From Balanoglossus misakiensis (lineage: Eukaryota; Animalia; Hemichordata), in the NCBI GenBank assembly GCA_040954595.2, contig CM082576.2, positions 14,077,129-14,141,128 on the forward strand: a DNA stretch of 64,000 bases, read 5' to 3'. The translations under genes were made by a program, and so were the position numbers. Shown piece after piece: positions 38,624-53,585 of the stretch (position 1 is the stretch's first letter; each line of letters begins with the position of its first letter). The notes under the pieces are model-generated. The model was given only the letters and a program-made list of their open reading frames with translations. It was not told the origin of the DNA and ran no database searches.

Positions 38624-41600
38624 ACAACAGCGGTACAATTAAAAAAAACTCTATCTTTGTCATTTGACACAGGTATTTAATAGCACTGCAAATATGTCCG
38701 AAGTTAATTAAGAGATATCATGATTGCGTGACATCAAGTTGGACGGTGCATGGTGCTGTGTAATTATCAACAAATTACCGAAAACAAAAGAGCAATTACA
38801 GCCAATGTACAAATGCAATTGAATTTACCATCTCACTTCATTTTTCTTTGCAAATAGATAAATATGTCTCAGAAAGCGCTGTTACGATCAAGACATGATA
38901 TATAAATTGGGATGTACACAAAGTTGTTTATTTCTTTTACATTTCGATTATTTTTTGTAGATATCCTTTCAGATACAAAGTTACAGCTCATCCAATATAT
39001 GCCCGTATAACCTTATTATTGTACACCTTTTGTCATTAAATGTTCATATAACAAACAATGTAGTTTTATGGTAAATTTTGAGGAGCCAAGTACCCCCCCC
39101 CCCCCCACCCACAAGAAATTGAAGCAGACACGAATTACATGATTGTTATAAAATTATGCAAATCATTTGGCATGCAGCCAAACATCGAACACTTCACTCG
39201 AGTAGTACATCCACACACACAAGCGCATGTACTGTAACTAGTGTACGCATCAGTCGCATTGGGACTTAATATTGTAGAAATACAGATAAGTATTGTGTGA
39301 CAGATGCCATAGGTGACAGTAGGCGTATGATAATAAATCACACAAGAAAATACAATGTACAGGATGGTGAAGTGACTTGGTTCTAATTATTAGTCCTGTT
39401 CAGCAAACAAATGTAAATTAATTCTACTTCACAAACTCTGGTCAAAGATAAAAAATAAGATCAAAACACTATACTACAATCTACTAATGTTTTCCTTTAA
39501 AAAAAAACAAATTGTCAACTCATAGCCAGCATATTATCTTAATGCTATTTAGTGCTGAATTGGCAACAAAATTATTATTGCTGAAAAAAATTACATTTAA
39601 AAGTTTACTGGACAACTTGCAATGAAATACTGCAGTCTCTTTTTACTGTCTTCAATCAAAAATTCAAATTTTATGTTTTAGTTTTTGACCTTTAACAGTT
39701 AGCACTATGTATAGACTGTATATACAAATGAAAGTGCCAGCGAATAGATGTAATTATTTAATTTTCCATTCAGCCACTGAAATGTGAAAAAAAGTAATTT
39801 CCCAATGCTAATATTCCCGCTTTTGCACCAATGTTCACACAGTTCGTGACCTTACATGGACTCGACTCACTGAAACAAGAAACATTATGCAAAATAATGA
39901 TGGAAATTTATCGACTGGAAAGAATTGTTTCAAGCATCAGAAATCAATCCCGTGAGACCACAAGAAAATGTAAGAGCAATATTTCCCGCTCCACTGGGAA
40001 TGGAAATAAATTACCCACATGGCTAAAAGTATTATAATATTTCTTCGGGCCTGGAATTCAGGCCAAGGAAGGACCACGCAAGGCTGGAAAAAATTAAAAA
40101 CCTGAGAATTTCTTCACGTCGGTATTGTACGAGGACAAAATGTGAAATTACAAACATGTGAAGGCAAAGTTGACTTGCGGCCTTTCAGCGTTTTGCTTGG
40201 ATTAAACCTACTTTACCTTAATGCTATTACGATGCACTTTTTCAATCAGCTCTTATTTAAGGAGATCAAAACACAGAAACAACGGTCTATTTAAAAACAA
40301 TTTGCCTAAAATTGCAGAGGGGCCCCCTGCTTAGTAATTACACCAATCACAGTTAATTGAACATGTTAATTAGAAGTATCGACAGAGGAAAAGCCAGGGC
40401 CCATTCTGGTGTAGTTACAAAAAAACTCGGCAGTTTTATTTGCTGAATTTTGCAGCATACAACTCATTTTTGCTGTGATGATAAACACTAAAACATGCAT
40501 GGCTTCACAGACATAATAATATAATTTTACAGAGGCCATCAAACACAATTCCCATGGGAATTGTACCTATCATAACCTGATTTATTATTTAACAAGAGCT
40601 CAGTTTTTTTTCCGCTGGAGACGGATAGGCCAAGTTATCCCCGATAAAATCTGATGGAACAATTATGAGTTTGAGAGATGATTTGCACGCATTACTTGTC
40701 ATTGCGTCACTTGGTGTATGTATAAGTTGCGCGTAAACTTAATGTGGAAATGTGATGTCTTTACCTTGCTGATTTCTCCATGTCATAAAAAATTTGTTTT
40801 AGCGGAAAAAAATATCTGATACGTGACAAGAAATTCAATGCGAACCAATGTGTGGACAGCAAAAATCAACTTACATGGCTTAAGTTCTGATTGAATCTTG
40901 CTTCTAAAAATGTGAATTACACAATATAAAATAATTACAGAAGGTGCAGACATGTATACTACCACGTAGTGTTGATATATGGAAACTATTACAATTCTAC
41001 AGGTCATTTTGCATGACCTTTGTTTTAATTTTGATATAACATATAACTGATCTAATAAAAGAGACGATATTTTCTATATGTCTGCCTAATACATACATAC
41101 ATGATGTACGTATGTCGCCTGAATGGAAACAAATTGGCATTTACTCTTAGTATTAAATTGCCGTTATGATTCAACCTTCCGAAGAACATGACGATTTCTC
41201 TGTTGTTTCTGCTTCTCCTTTGCATAATTAGGTCAAGTGATTGATGTTTTACCTTTCAAATCCTTCTGGAACTGCGCAGATTTGATCAAATCAGATAGTA
41301 ATCGAGTAAAAGAACAGCCACACTCCTATAGTCATCTGACCCGCGCTAATGCGTGTGACCAGATGTTCTTTTGCTGTTGAGAGATTGGTATCCTAAGGTG
41401 GTCCTTTCCAAATGGGTTTCTACGACGATCAACGTGAGAAACATTTGAGAATGGTTCAGTGTGTTAGCTCGGTTGACTATATCCAGTGTCAGTGCCAAAA
41501 GTTTGGTCTACAGAAATTGAATTTAAGTGAATTACAAAGTATGTGAGTTACCGTAAAAGCAATATCCCTAAAATGCTACAAGATTTGCACTTTGCCTGCA

Positions 41601-42249
41601 GAATGCACACATCTCTCTCAGGGGGAAATACCGATCAAGGGTGAATTTCAGATAATACAAAATGGTAAGTGCCACTATAAGTCGGTGAGTTCTTAAGGAT
41701 GTATGGTGTTCACTACGAGTGTGTGGAATTTCATTGAGAATTGCCAGAAAACCCACTTCTGTTATTGTTTTCTTTTCTTTTTTTACACTAGTTCAGCCAA
41801 ATGAGATAATTTTCGTTTTATGTGTTCACCCACAAAAAGCATTGATGAAGCAGCTGACTCAGCACTTTTTTTCATTATCAACACAATTCACAACCTTGTA
41901 TTGCATGGACAAGCGTGGTGACTCCTATATTTTATTATACTTACAAAGGAGAATCCTAAAATCCACAATTAAAAGTATATAATGACAATAATTGAAATAT
42001 TCTTTTATTGATGTCATTGATCAACAATCTGATTTTTATTTCATTTGAATATCCTAATATGCAATTGCTATTCTTGTTTCAAATGAAACATATAGTTTGC
42101 AATGTCACCAAAGTTCAATATATAAAAGAATTGAACATTTTGGAGAAATATTGGTTGATGAAAATCTGTCACCAACGTAAGTTGTTTTTATTGTTTCAGT
42201 GTCATTATATGCTGGCTCTTAATGGCATTATGACAAGGTTCTAATTCTG

Positions 42250-42964
42250 AAGGAAATTCAACCCTCTCTTTTATGTTTCCTATCATAAAATAGCTCTTTA
42301 TTAACAATTTCTCTCTGTCAGATAAATGCATTGTATCTTGACTTGAAACTTTAAAATCATTTTATCAAATGAATACATTTGGAACTGTTCTGAAAACTTC
42401 TTTGTAGAAGCTATTAAAACATTTATGTTTTCTGATTTGCACTCAACCGTTTTATGAAAGACATCTACGGGAAAAAAATCTTCGTTAAGAGACTGATAAG
42501 GATTTACAAATTGATATTGTTCCCCATAAAAATAACACTCTAATATGAGATCCTCATTCATTATGCAACAGATAACCTGGAAATACTTATTTGACGACGC
42601 ATCCTTAAATTCAATGAATTGAGTCTCTAGTGGTCCGGCGATCTCGGATAAAATAACAGAGCAATTTATGTGAGTACAATATAAATTGAATGTTTTTGGG
42701 GCAGGTAAATTTTAGAAGTGGCTTCATTGACTGATAGCATACACTATACATTAAAGAAATGACCTTGGGAATAATTTTCAGCTTTGATATGTCAATGACA
42801 GCAATACCGTATATACTCCAACTCATGCTTGCATTTTGATTCATTTTCATACAATATACAAATACGCCCTTCTGCTCGTAACTTTTCAAACAATATTTTT
42901 TTCTGTTCCATATAACTACCATTTCTTTGTTCTCTTCCAAAAAGCACCACACAAAATCATTCAT
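42250..42964 (-). mobile_element. Possible decayed L1/Tx1-type LINE ORF2 C-terminal remnant
   Basis: AT-rich broken frames with FVW...CLKSYEQKG...ASMSW and LKFQVKIQCIYLTE, loosely resembling post-RT motifs (F-x-W...GGL...A-x3-W; FQxKIxxxxLxT). Weak. Confidence 0.3.
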
Positions 42965-45900
42965 TACTATGGCTTAGTATAAACACTGTGAACCTGTATT
43001 CATACATTGATATTAAATTGTGTTAATTTTTGGATGAACAATTTTATAAATATGAATACTATTGGTAATAAGCAACAGCAAACATTGTAGTCTATAAAAC
43101 AGCCTGAAAAATGATGTTCAGAATCATAGTTAGTGATTTGTATAAGACGCAATCACATGGTTGCAAGCCCAAGCCCAGAAATAAAGCCATATACCCTATA
43201 TGAATGTCTTCAAGTCAATAAAATACAATAAAAAACTTTCAAAACTTTTTAAAAAATTGTTACACTTGAGTGAAGTAATGACTTCTTACACCTAGCTCTT
43301 GGTCATTCATCGGAAAAAAAAACACATACATCAAAAGACACATTGATGTTATCCCTGACAAACAAAGTAACTAATGTCCTTTTAAGAACGGAAAAATGGA
43401 GCAACTACATTGTAGGTTGTGTTTGTTGCATGCATTGCACTGGCATTATCTCAAAGTCATTGCGGTTATTCCCATCCACTGGTGCTATCCATCATACCTC
43501 GTTGTCTGTCCCCGTGATTAATGGCTCCTAAAAAGGCATTGATTGCTGTTTGAGAAAATGTCAATGGCCATCATTGGATCCTTGTTGATAAGAACTGGCG
43601 CCACCTACAGACTGATGCGTGCATATGGGGAACCCTTTTTTCTCCCTCTCTTTCATCTCATCAATGCAACCCGTCATGCAAATGTTTAATGACAGCTATA
43701 TATGTCCATCTCAGTATCTGGTGTAAATCCTCACATACAGGATAAGTGTGAAATTATTAGTGAGATACTTAGTAACAGGGCAGTCTGCATATATCTGAGG
43801 AAGCCTAATTGATTGAAAGGGTTGATCTCTTGTAATCTTGTACAATTTTCAATGAAGCAAATATTTTATGACAAATTATATATTTATTTTACTCCAATAT
43901 TGTCTCTTCAGCTGTACCTTATGGGAAAACATTTTTTCTATCTTTACATCATACAAATGAGTTCCAACCAGGCACCAAAGCAGTTGTCAACATTAAAATC
44001 AGCTGGTACCTGTTTTTCCCATAAAAAAATTCACTTCATCAATCAATTCAGTAACATCAACATTTTTAATAGCAATAGAGTGACCTCGAAAAACAAAAAG
44101 GTCAGGACTTTTATTGGTGCATGTCTCCTGGGTAACATGATATTAATTATCATCAATTTCATTCATCATGTTTGATAAATTATAAATGATATCAGCCTTA
44201 TCTTGCAATAAATAATACATCTTATCTGTGTCCCACAGCTACAGAAATATATGCAGGCTGAATTGAGAACATATCTGGAAAGTGTACATTCTGAACATAA
44301 TTCCCAGATTGTCTGGTGATGATAAATCTGGGGTTGTACATGTACCAGGATCTACGGAGATTTCCTTGATAACTCTGCAGAAGTCTCCCGGGGGCCAGCT
44401 GCAAACTAGCTAAAAGGTATTTTACCTTCAAAGCCAGATTAACAAATTGTATTTTCCAAACAACTTTCAATGATTTAATGACAGTATTCACGTTTATGCA
44501 TCCATTTTCATACACTTAAGGAACTTCCATTATTGCGGATAAAAAAAAAATTTGAAAAGGGGAATTTGTGAATGCTCACTAATAAATTTCATCTTTTTTA
44601 TCTTGAACAAAAATAACCTGCATCCCTAATATATTGTTCAAAAAACAAAATAACATATTACATAAAACACACTTGTGTTCAATATAATTAACGTTTGCAG
44701 AACATGAGATATGCCCCCCCCCCCCCTTTTCAAAAACCTTTCTCATTACCGTTTCATAATATATCCATATCTTTTAACCACAGATAAAAAATTTAATGTG
44801 ACTTGTGATTGAATTGATGTAATAGCTCTCGGACACTTAATCTCAGATCAATTTCTTGAAACCATGTCTTTAATGACCTCTGTGGTTTACCAGGGCAATT
44901 ACAGCCCAAGATGACAAAACTAGTCTAGACAGAGCAATTCAAACCTAATACTAGTTCTACTTTTTAGGAATAAATCATTACTTTTGTTGTTTAGAAAAAC
45001 TTTAATTTAAGTTTCATTGCAGTCATATGTCAGTTTAGGCATTATTTTGTATTTAAAACATCACCAGCTGCAGTAATACAAAACTGTACAGGATTTTTAA
45101 TATTATACTTTGTTTTCTGCATTTCAGCTTAAAATACATCATCTGTTTGCACCGGTCGTTGACTCGACTTCAGTTTCCCTCATTTTCAAAGAGCAAAGAG
45201 ACATGGAGATGCTTAAACTATTGCAGACATAGGCTCTTAATACTGTATATCTTTGATTTCATCATTTCGACTGTAAACATCTCAAACAGTCTATTTTCAT
45301 TATAATCACTGTCATATGAAGCAAAGTTTAAGGCAGTATGCCAGGGATCGTGACCATTAAATCTGACAACAAAACAAACACATCAGCTGAGCATAATCAA
45401 AAACATGCAGGGCTTTTAAGAGATAATTTCAACTAAATTTCACGGATGAGTTTGTGCGATAGAGATGCTGCAATATTTATCCCGTCTGACTCTATCTACA
45501 TAATACAGTGACATGTCCGGGAACATTATTGTTAGATGGGATCTGTCTGGTTACTTTGATAGTTGATGTCTGTTGCCAGGGCAACCATGACAACTGTAGA
45601 ATCTTCCTCACACTCATCGTTTCACCATTGAAATCTGCAGGTCTGAAATTGTGAAATGTTGCATCTGCACACACAATAGAGTCAAACTTCAGAGTTTAAT
45701 TTCCTCCCAGTAAAACATCTGATTTGATAAATGTAATTTATATGAATTGCTGTTGCCATGGCGATGTTTGTTTATTAGGTATTTGGATGCGCTCTGAACA
45801 AAACTGCTTGCTGCAAGACATATATTCTAAAATCATCATTTCCAATGCAAATTGTAATGCTGAATCATGGAACGAAATTATTCTGTTGCCAATTTACTGT

Positions 45901-48900
45901 AGTTAAATGAACACTTGATTACATGTTAATTAATGTTTGGAATATGAATTTTGTTTGCAATGCAAATTAACATTATTATTTTAATATCATGAACCATAAT
46001 TATTTTGCAATTCATAACGTTTTATGATTGGAGAGTATGGATCTATTCAATTGTATTATGTGTAAAATTTTGACAGGCACAAATAAAATTTCAGACATTC
46101 ATAAGTAAAATCTCAGAATACTACATGATGTGTGTTTGCTAATGTTGGTGGAAATTGGTAAATGATTGGGAAACCCTATGAAGCTTTTTGATAAACATTA
46201 TGACTGTACCAAGGCAAACCTTTGGGAAATGATGACTTGGGAAACTGCAATAATATTTATCAGGGTAAATATAACCCCTAAAAGAAATTGTTCAAGTATT
46301 TCTCAGCAAGTTGGCCCATTACAACAAATATACGCTTGTTGTTTTTCAAAAATAATATGATATATTTGATGTGCGGAGGTTGTACAACGTTTCACCAAGT
46401 TTTCCGCCCCAAACTAGGGAGTCAGAAAATTGGCCATATTCCTAAGGTGCTTTTATTCAATATGTTCTATGAACATTTGTAATGCACATTGCACTATGAA
46501 GGCACTTTGTGGAACCAATCATTGAATGAAATTTTGATGGGTGAGCCTAACACCAATCTGTCAACCTTTTTCTGTTGAATAGTATAAACCCCCCAAAAAA
46601 CCTCAAGAAATATGTACTCTTATACTTTATCGAGAAGTTTTCTTGACAGTCTTGAATCAGTCTGCATCAGCTCAACTGCATCATGGGACATCATCTTGGA
46701 GAAACTAGGAGATGCTGTATGATTAGGTAAGCAGCACTGATACTGTAATTGCGGCGAGCAACTCCGATGGGATTTACTTGAAGATGAACAGTTGTAAAGG
46801 TTATACCAATACCCTCTAGACACTTTCACATGCACTATCACTCACAGGTGAATAAATACATCATCTTGTAAGAAAGTGTTCCTCTCTTTCTGAGCCAGGA
46901 TATAATATTACCTTTGGACGTGATGGTCGAGACACAGAGGAAATGTAACATAGGTGAAAGTATGCTAGGTTTAATAATTTAAATAAATCAATGTTGCTTT
47001 TCAAATCATATATATGGGTTTGATACGATTAAATGCAATTCGCATATAGCTCGAACACTCACCTTTCACTGCTGTCCCCCCTCCCCGGTAGACCTGTTCC
47101 ACAATATAATCTTCTCATAACCATGTCATGCTGCAGTTGGATGGACCGTACCACTCTGAAATGGGGCCTCTGCATAAACTCATTCAAATCCAATGACTTT
47201 GTTCAATTGGACGTTTTGATTTTATATGCCGAAAAACAGATCTGGATATATCCTCACAACAAAGGGCCAACCCTGCAGTGAATACATTTCTGTAAATTGC
47301 ACAAACTGACTGGCACGTTTGACTATAATCACGATCTTTTCAAGCAACCGTGGACTAATATTTGCTTCTTTTCAATGAAACCAATCTGCTGCCGGCTAAA
47401 AATTAGGCCTCTCAAAAAAGCTGTCCTCAATGTTGTCATAAGAAAGGCAAAGAGACACATCACTGCAGGAAAAAAGAAACCAAACGCTCGGAACAAATGA
47501 GCTTGATCCAGCTTTTAAAGCTTCCTTCATAAAGTTCATTCATGCTGACATAATAGTCTGGCCTTGTAGCGATTCACGCTGTACGTGTATCTGGATTGCT
47601 TCAGCTACCTTGAATTAAAAACTATAGTCATTTTTATGCGTTCGGTGATATTTAAGAGAGTCGTACATGTCAGAGGAATGCTGGTGATTATATACGGGAT
47701 CACTATCAAAAAAATCTGAAAACATTTTTGCTATTAAAATAATGTTTCAATTTTTATATAGCTAGGTTTTTTAATACAGTACACTGCCAACTTTTAATTG
47801 TAATCAGTAAATCTGTGTTGTATCTCCAAACCTGTTCAAACCTGTACACCCTAAGAATGAATGCATACAAACACAGCAGCTGAGTGGGGATTTCATGAAC
47901 TGTGGTGATTTAATAGGCTGACAATTTTACTGCTCATTGACCATCCCCTTTTAAATCGTTTTAAATGATATATGAGAATTTCCTCCCTGTGCGTTGGCGT
48001 GCCGACAACAGGTGGTCGTTCATGTACGAAACTGAAACTCAACATCATGGGACTGGAATTTACGCTTGAAAAACAATTACACGTACGCCATTTATATTCC
48101 AAGGACAACTTTGAGCCCCCAGTTTTGAAGCGTGACATTAATTGTACATTGAGAGTCTATTAGACTTAATTAGCACACAGTGTATTAACTTTGAAGGATA
48201 ATGCTTTTTTAATTGGCAGATTGTTGATCTCCCACCAAATATTCACAGTCATTTCACATCATATACTGTACACATGTTCTAAAAGGTGCACACATTCATG
48301 TATGGATCTCAATGGTTTACTGGTACAAGACTTAAAACTTGTCTGAAGAAACTGTGAGAATTACTGGTATGCATGTAATTTTTTAAGACAACTGCAATAA
48401 ATCCCACAATGATAAAAAATAATTTCTTCTGTCAGTTATAATCTCTGTGAGGAGATTTAACAAATCACAAGCCAGAAAGTATTTTCCTGTTACTAGTACA
48501 AGTTTACTGACACAATCTGACATCGGGTGCAGGGACAGACGGTGTCTTTAACTTTGCTTGGTCTCAGCTGTTCTCTGCTGCTGCCTCTCTAGAGGGATTG
48601 GATGTTTACAGTCACTTTCTGTTACATTAAAGGCACATCATCAATCTGTGATATCAAGAGTACATGGAATACTTGCATAAAGTCTCTCAATGTAAAAAAT
48701 AACGCTGAAAATTGATTCATACAAATTTACATAAAACAGTCTCTGGGGCAAATCAACTACTTATAACATATTTTTAGGAATAGTTCTTACATTATGCACT
48801 TGTCGGGAATTATTGGTTTCCTGTCAATCATTATGAATTCTGTAGTCGTAAATGTTGATATAATTCCCACAACTCGGGGTGAAAAGTCAAGGTGCTGCAG

Positions 48901-49354
48901 GGATAACCCTTGGGGGTCTTTCAATATATGCATGTACAGTAAATGGGTTTTCACGTCAAAGGATTTGAAATTCAATGCCAAGTCCAAACAACCTGATTAC
49001 ATTAGGATTCATTCAATGTTTTCTCATCCTTCAGTTCATATATTCAATTGTGAATGCAGTCTTGCAAAAAAAAAAATTTAATTTTGCCTTTATAGTTTGC
49101 AGGATGTTTTCCTCCGAGGAACCCTATAATGCTTCGTGTAATTCCATTTGAAGGCTGCAGACGCCAGAACTGACTTTTCGCATCAGTTACTGTCTATTGA
49201 TAATTTGAGTCAACTTGAAATTTTTTTATCAGGGTCTACACAAATTACATACATACTGGCAATGTCACTGAAAAAGTTTAATTGTCACTATCCCTAGCAG
49301 CTTGGCAACAACTGAATTCAATGTAGTTCTGCGATAATCTGTTCAATCTGTTGC

Positions 49355-49504
49355 ATACACCCTTTTCATAAGTCTAGCGCCCTCGTACAGCCATCATGAA
49401 TTTGAACTCCCTTTGATGTGATTGGTCAACTTTCCCCAGTGGCCTCGCTTTCAGTTCAAATTCATGATGGCTTGAAAGCGGTAGACTTTATGAAAAAGGT
49501 GTAT
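49355..49504. mobile_element. 150-bp hairpin MITE
   Basis: atacacccttttcataagtcta...agccatcatgaatttgaact versus agttcaaattcatgatggct...tagactttatgaaaaaggtgtat. Confidence 0.85.
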
Positions 49505-49849
49505 GATATATTGTCCTTCAAAATTTCAGTGCCCTTTATGAAAATTTGTCTTATCTGTTGAGAATGAACAATTTAGATTTACTGTAATCTCTGTATAATT
49601 TTCAGGTTGGTTGTATGAACTCACCAGGGATGTTTGCCACACGTACAGAAGCTTGGATCGACAGCATATCCCATCACACTTGTCTGAGTGAACACCAACA
49701 AAAGTTAGGTAGTCCAACTGTCTCTCTTAACAAAGCTCGGAGAGTGCAGCAAAGTTTATGATATTAAATATCTTCATTTGCGTGTAAAAGTCACTGATAT
49801 GCCGGGAACACGCAGACTTGTACGAACGGCTATCTGGTACGAAGCAACA

Positions 49850-50002
49850 TAGACTCTCTCACAGCCCACGGTCCGCTACGCTCCCTCAACCGTTTGGCAA
49901 GGGAGAAGCACCGTCTGGTGTTGTGTAGCTAATGTCGGCGGGCACACATGCAATCAGACTATAAGCCTGCATGGACGACGAGAGGGGCTGTGAGAGAGTC
50001 TA
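49850..50002. mobile_element. 153-bp MITE with TAGACTCT termini and 9-bp target-site duplication
   Basis: TIR tagactctctcacagccc / gggctgtgagagagtcta; direct repeat gaagcaaca at 49841-49849 and 50003-50011. Confidence 0.92.
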
Positions 50003-50049
50003 GAAGCAACATCGCTCATTTTATCGTGTAGTTGGGTATTGCCTCTAGA

Positions 50050-50560
50050 TCTTTACCTTGTTAAAAAATAAATCTCGTTGCGCAGCGCCTCCACTGGTAT
50101 CAATGGCCAGAGAACTTTGTTTTTACAAACGGTACTCAGTCGCGGGAGGGTTGTGTGGTGGCGTCTATCACATACATGTATATAATTTTGAAACTAAAGA
50201 TGAACCCTGTCGGACAGTCGGGCACATAGTTTTATAAATGGCAGTTGTGGTTAACTGCTTTTTTTAGAAAGTCAAGAACCATTCGACGCGACGAACGATG
50301 ACAGAAACGAGCAATTTGACGAAAGGCTACCGCCGGCAAAAGAATATATTAGCCCACCAAGTAATTTCAGCTACGACATGCAGACGCTCTTCGTGTGCCC
50401 AGACAAACATTATGCCCTCAGTTCTCGTCATACTTACAAGCACCTTGCGCATTTATTTATAATGCTTGAGGGAGTTGCGGATGTTTCTCAGCGATACGCC
50501 GGTGAAATTTTTCAACTGTGTTTTATCATAGACCCTGATCTATGGTTTTATGACCTCATG
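50050..50560 (+). promoter_or_regulatory. Putative promoter / first non-coding exon of the GT4-like-ZU5 gene
   Basis: CpG-rich patch ending at donor-like ATG|gtatgt (50560/50561), 3 kb upstream of an acceptor that precedes the ATG. Confidence 0.35.
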
Positions 50561-53500
50561 GTATGTTTGCTTGTGAGAAACTTATTGATCCCTTTGATTG
50601 TCTGATACCACTGAAAACAACTACATGTATTGTTGGTGATATTTATGGGATGAATACTTTAGTGTATTTATAATGTTTGAATGAGCAACTTTCAGTGCAA
50701 AATACTCAAACCTTCATTACATTTGACCAATGTCATGATTTATTAAAAGCAATTTTACTGAGCTATTGTGTGATCACTTTTATTTACGAGCTTGTCCTAA
50801 TTTTATGTAATAAACACACCTCTTGTCTGGCATAAAATAGCTCTATAGTTTTATGGTGTTTGTGGTATTGAAATACTAAGAAAAACTAAACACTAAAAAA
50901 GCCTGGACATTGGATTAAAAATAGCTGGGTATCTTTTGTCCTTTTTCTGGTATTTTTGTGATTGAGAAAGTTAGTTTTTATAGGAAAAGTCTTGTATGTA
51001 TTTTAATTCTCTGAAGTACCATGGCGTGACTCAGACTGATGTAAAAAGATGAACAGATATTTACAAAGGTTGATAAAGACACACTTTACTGGGGTGTCTG
51101 TATTTCCAGGTGATATCATTTACTGGCACCAAATTTTACCATATGAAGGGAATCCTGCCCGGACATAGTCTGTTTTGCTTGACTGTGAGCTTCGTGCTTC
51201 TGGGTCACCCTACTTTTTCGAAAATTGTCCTGAGGTCATCAGTTTTTATGAGGGAGGTCAGGGACATCATAGCAAATGGCCAACCTAAAAACTCATTGAA
51301 GTAAGTTATAACAACTTTTTTTTCACTCTAAAGCAAAGAAGCATCATAGCTGTTACTAAATATCTGTACCACCTGGGCATTTTCACTATTTTGTGTACAG
51401 TTTTAACTTCATTTTGTCGGTCTCCTCCCTGTAGTATCTCAACATGCTGTTTTCTGTTTGGTTTCTTGTAAGGAAAATTTAGCTGGAGACTGGTGTGTAT
51501 GTAGAAACAATAAAGTTGAGAACAGTTTGGTATTATTTACAATTTAAATGTTACTCATGTCGTTCAGAACCACTTGATGAATATATGTGTTGGATTCAGA
51601 GCAAGTAGGCATATGGTATAGTGACATTAGTCAATATGACAAAATTGATAATTGCGTCAATTGCAAAAGACATGACAATAACAAAAGTTTACCTTGATGA
51701 CATAATTGTTTTTGTTCCAAGTGTATTCGTTTATTGTGCACACCAATATTTTTCAAGTTATTGAGTATAAAACAGAAGATCCACTTTCTGCACAGAATCT
51801 TGATAAAGTAAAACAACACTTACACATTTTATGACCCGCAAGAATTTTTGCCACTGGTATTTACAACCGGGGGAACAAAAAAAGCCCTGGTTTACTCCGA
51901 GGGCACAGAGGAGGCTTATAAATATGCACACTTTTCAGAGTCAGACGCCGTCCCTGTGTTGATCAGGATGATTTTGAAGCGCCTTTAAACTAAAGCCAAA
52001 ACAAAAGTGTTTATCGTCTTTTTTGTTCGAGAAAATAGTACATCTTCTTGGCGTCCAATGTTTTGCAACCATGTGTGAATAAAATTGGGAGACAGTCAGA
52101 CTGTCAAAGAAAAGGACTGACATATATATCTAACTTTCCATAGAAAACATCGATATTTAAGATGTGAAACACTTCAGTAAGAAAAGAGACAACAATTGAG
52201 AAGAAATTTGCACCAAAACTTGCATAGCATCTACAGAAATCTGCTGGTAAATTTCATTTCACATTATACACATACACTCTACAACGTTGTTCCGATGCAC
52301 ATGCATCTGGTGTGCGTACGTGGCGCATGGAACATTAAACGTGATTACCGTATTTTACAGCGCCACTAAATTTGTAAAACCAGGTATAATCAACCCATAT
52401 TTCATGGCAATAAACTGTGTGGGGTGGACACACAACTGTGGAAAGCTATTCTCTGAGACACGTACACCACTTGATCTCCGAGTGACTGATTGTTGCACAC
52501 CAATTAGTATTTCAAGTGTTGCTTGCAACTGAGCAGTGCACATTGCCCCAACTGACATTGGGTTAAAATTAACTTGCGATGGTGCACGGTGTATTAACTA
52601 AGCAACACAGGCAAACATATCCTTCGAAGCCGACTATATACTGGTGTAAATGATAGTTTCACTGAACAAAGTGCCTTCTCAGGTAAGAGACTAATAACTT
52701 TGACAGTAAATGGTGTTAATTAAGTCACTTGCTACATGTAGGTAAAAAGTTCCAGAATGCCAATCAGTGAGGTACTCGATGCTGCAGCGATTATAGACAT
52801 AGCCCCACCTGTTGGGGTGTAGGCCTCAGCACCCAGGTCTGTGGTGTGATCTATCTGTTGAGTCCAAGCATGTTTTATCTATGAATTCCATAAACAGAAG
52901 TTTTTTGTTGTAAAAATAAACCTTCTGTCCAGTCTGGATGGCATGCAAGTAGTATGTTAAAGTTGTGCAGAATTTAGTTGCAAAGTGTTTCGTTAAGTTG
53001 CAAAGTGGTACGCACCTGGGAAATTATATTTATACCCCGGCAACAAAGAGTTAATCCACCAATAAACATCTCATATGCCTTATGTTTGACTGAGATCATG
53101 TACAGATCGACAGAGACCACTTTCAAACCTAAATGTAACAATTACAGTCAATCCTTTTCGTAAGGGTTAAACCAAACTTGATAGTGCTAACTACAATGTC
53201 AAGGTCTAACTTCATTATAACACGGAATGTAATAACTTTAGAAATTGCTTCTGGTCGTGCCTTTTTACACAACTTCATACTTACCCCCATGTAGTTCCCA
53301 TGGAAACAACTACACTATGGTAAATACAGAACTTTATAAAGCCAATTAACATACATAGGTAGTGTGCATTAATTCAGAAATGACATACCCCCTGATGGTA
53401 GTATTTTGAAAATTACTTTGAATAGATTTGGCATTTATGAAATGATATCTAATCGTTTTTGTGTGAAAATCTTTCCTTTTCATACGTACTTTCTTAGGTT

Positions 53501-53585
53501 GAGACTCATTCACTAAATTAATCACATATATTTTCCGAGCTTTGTAATATTTTTCCTTGAATTGTTTTATTTCACAGTGTCCACA

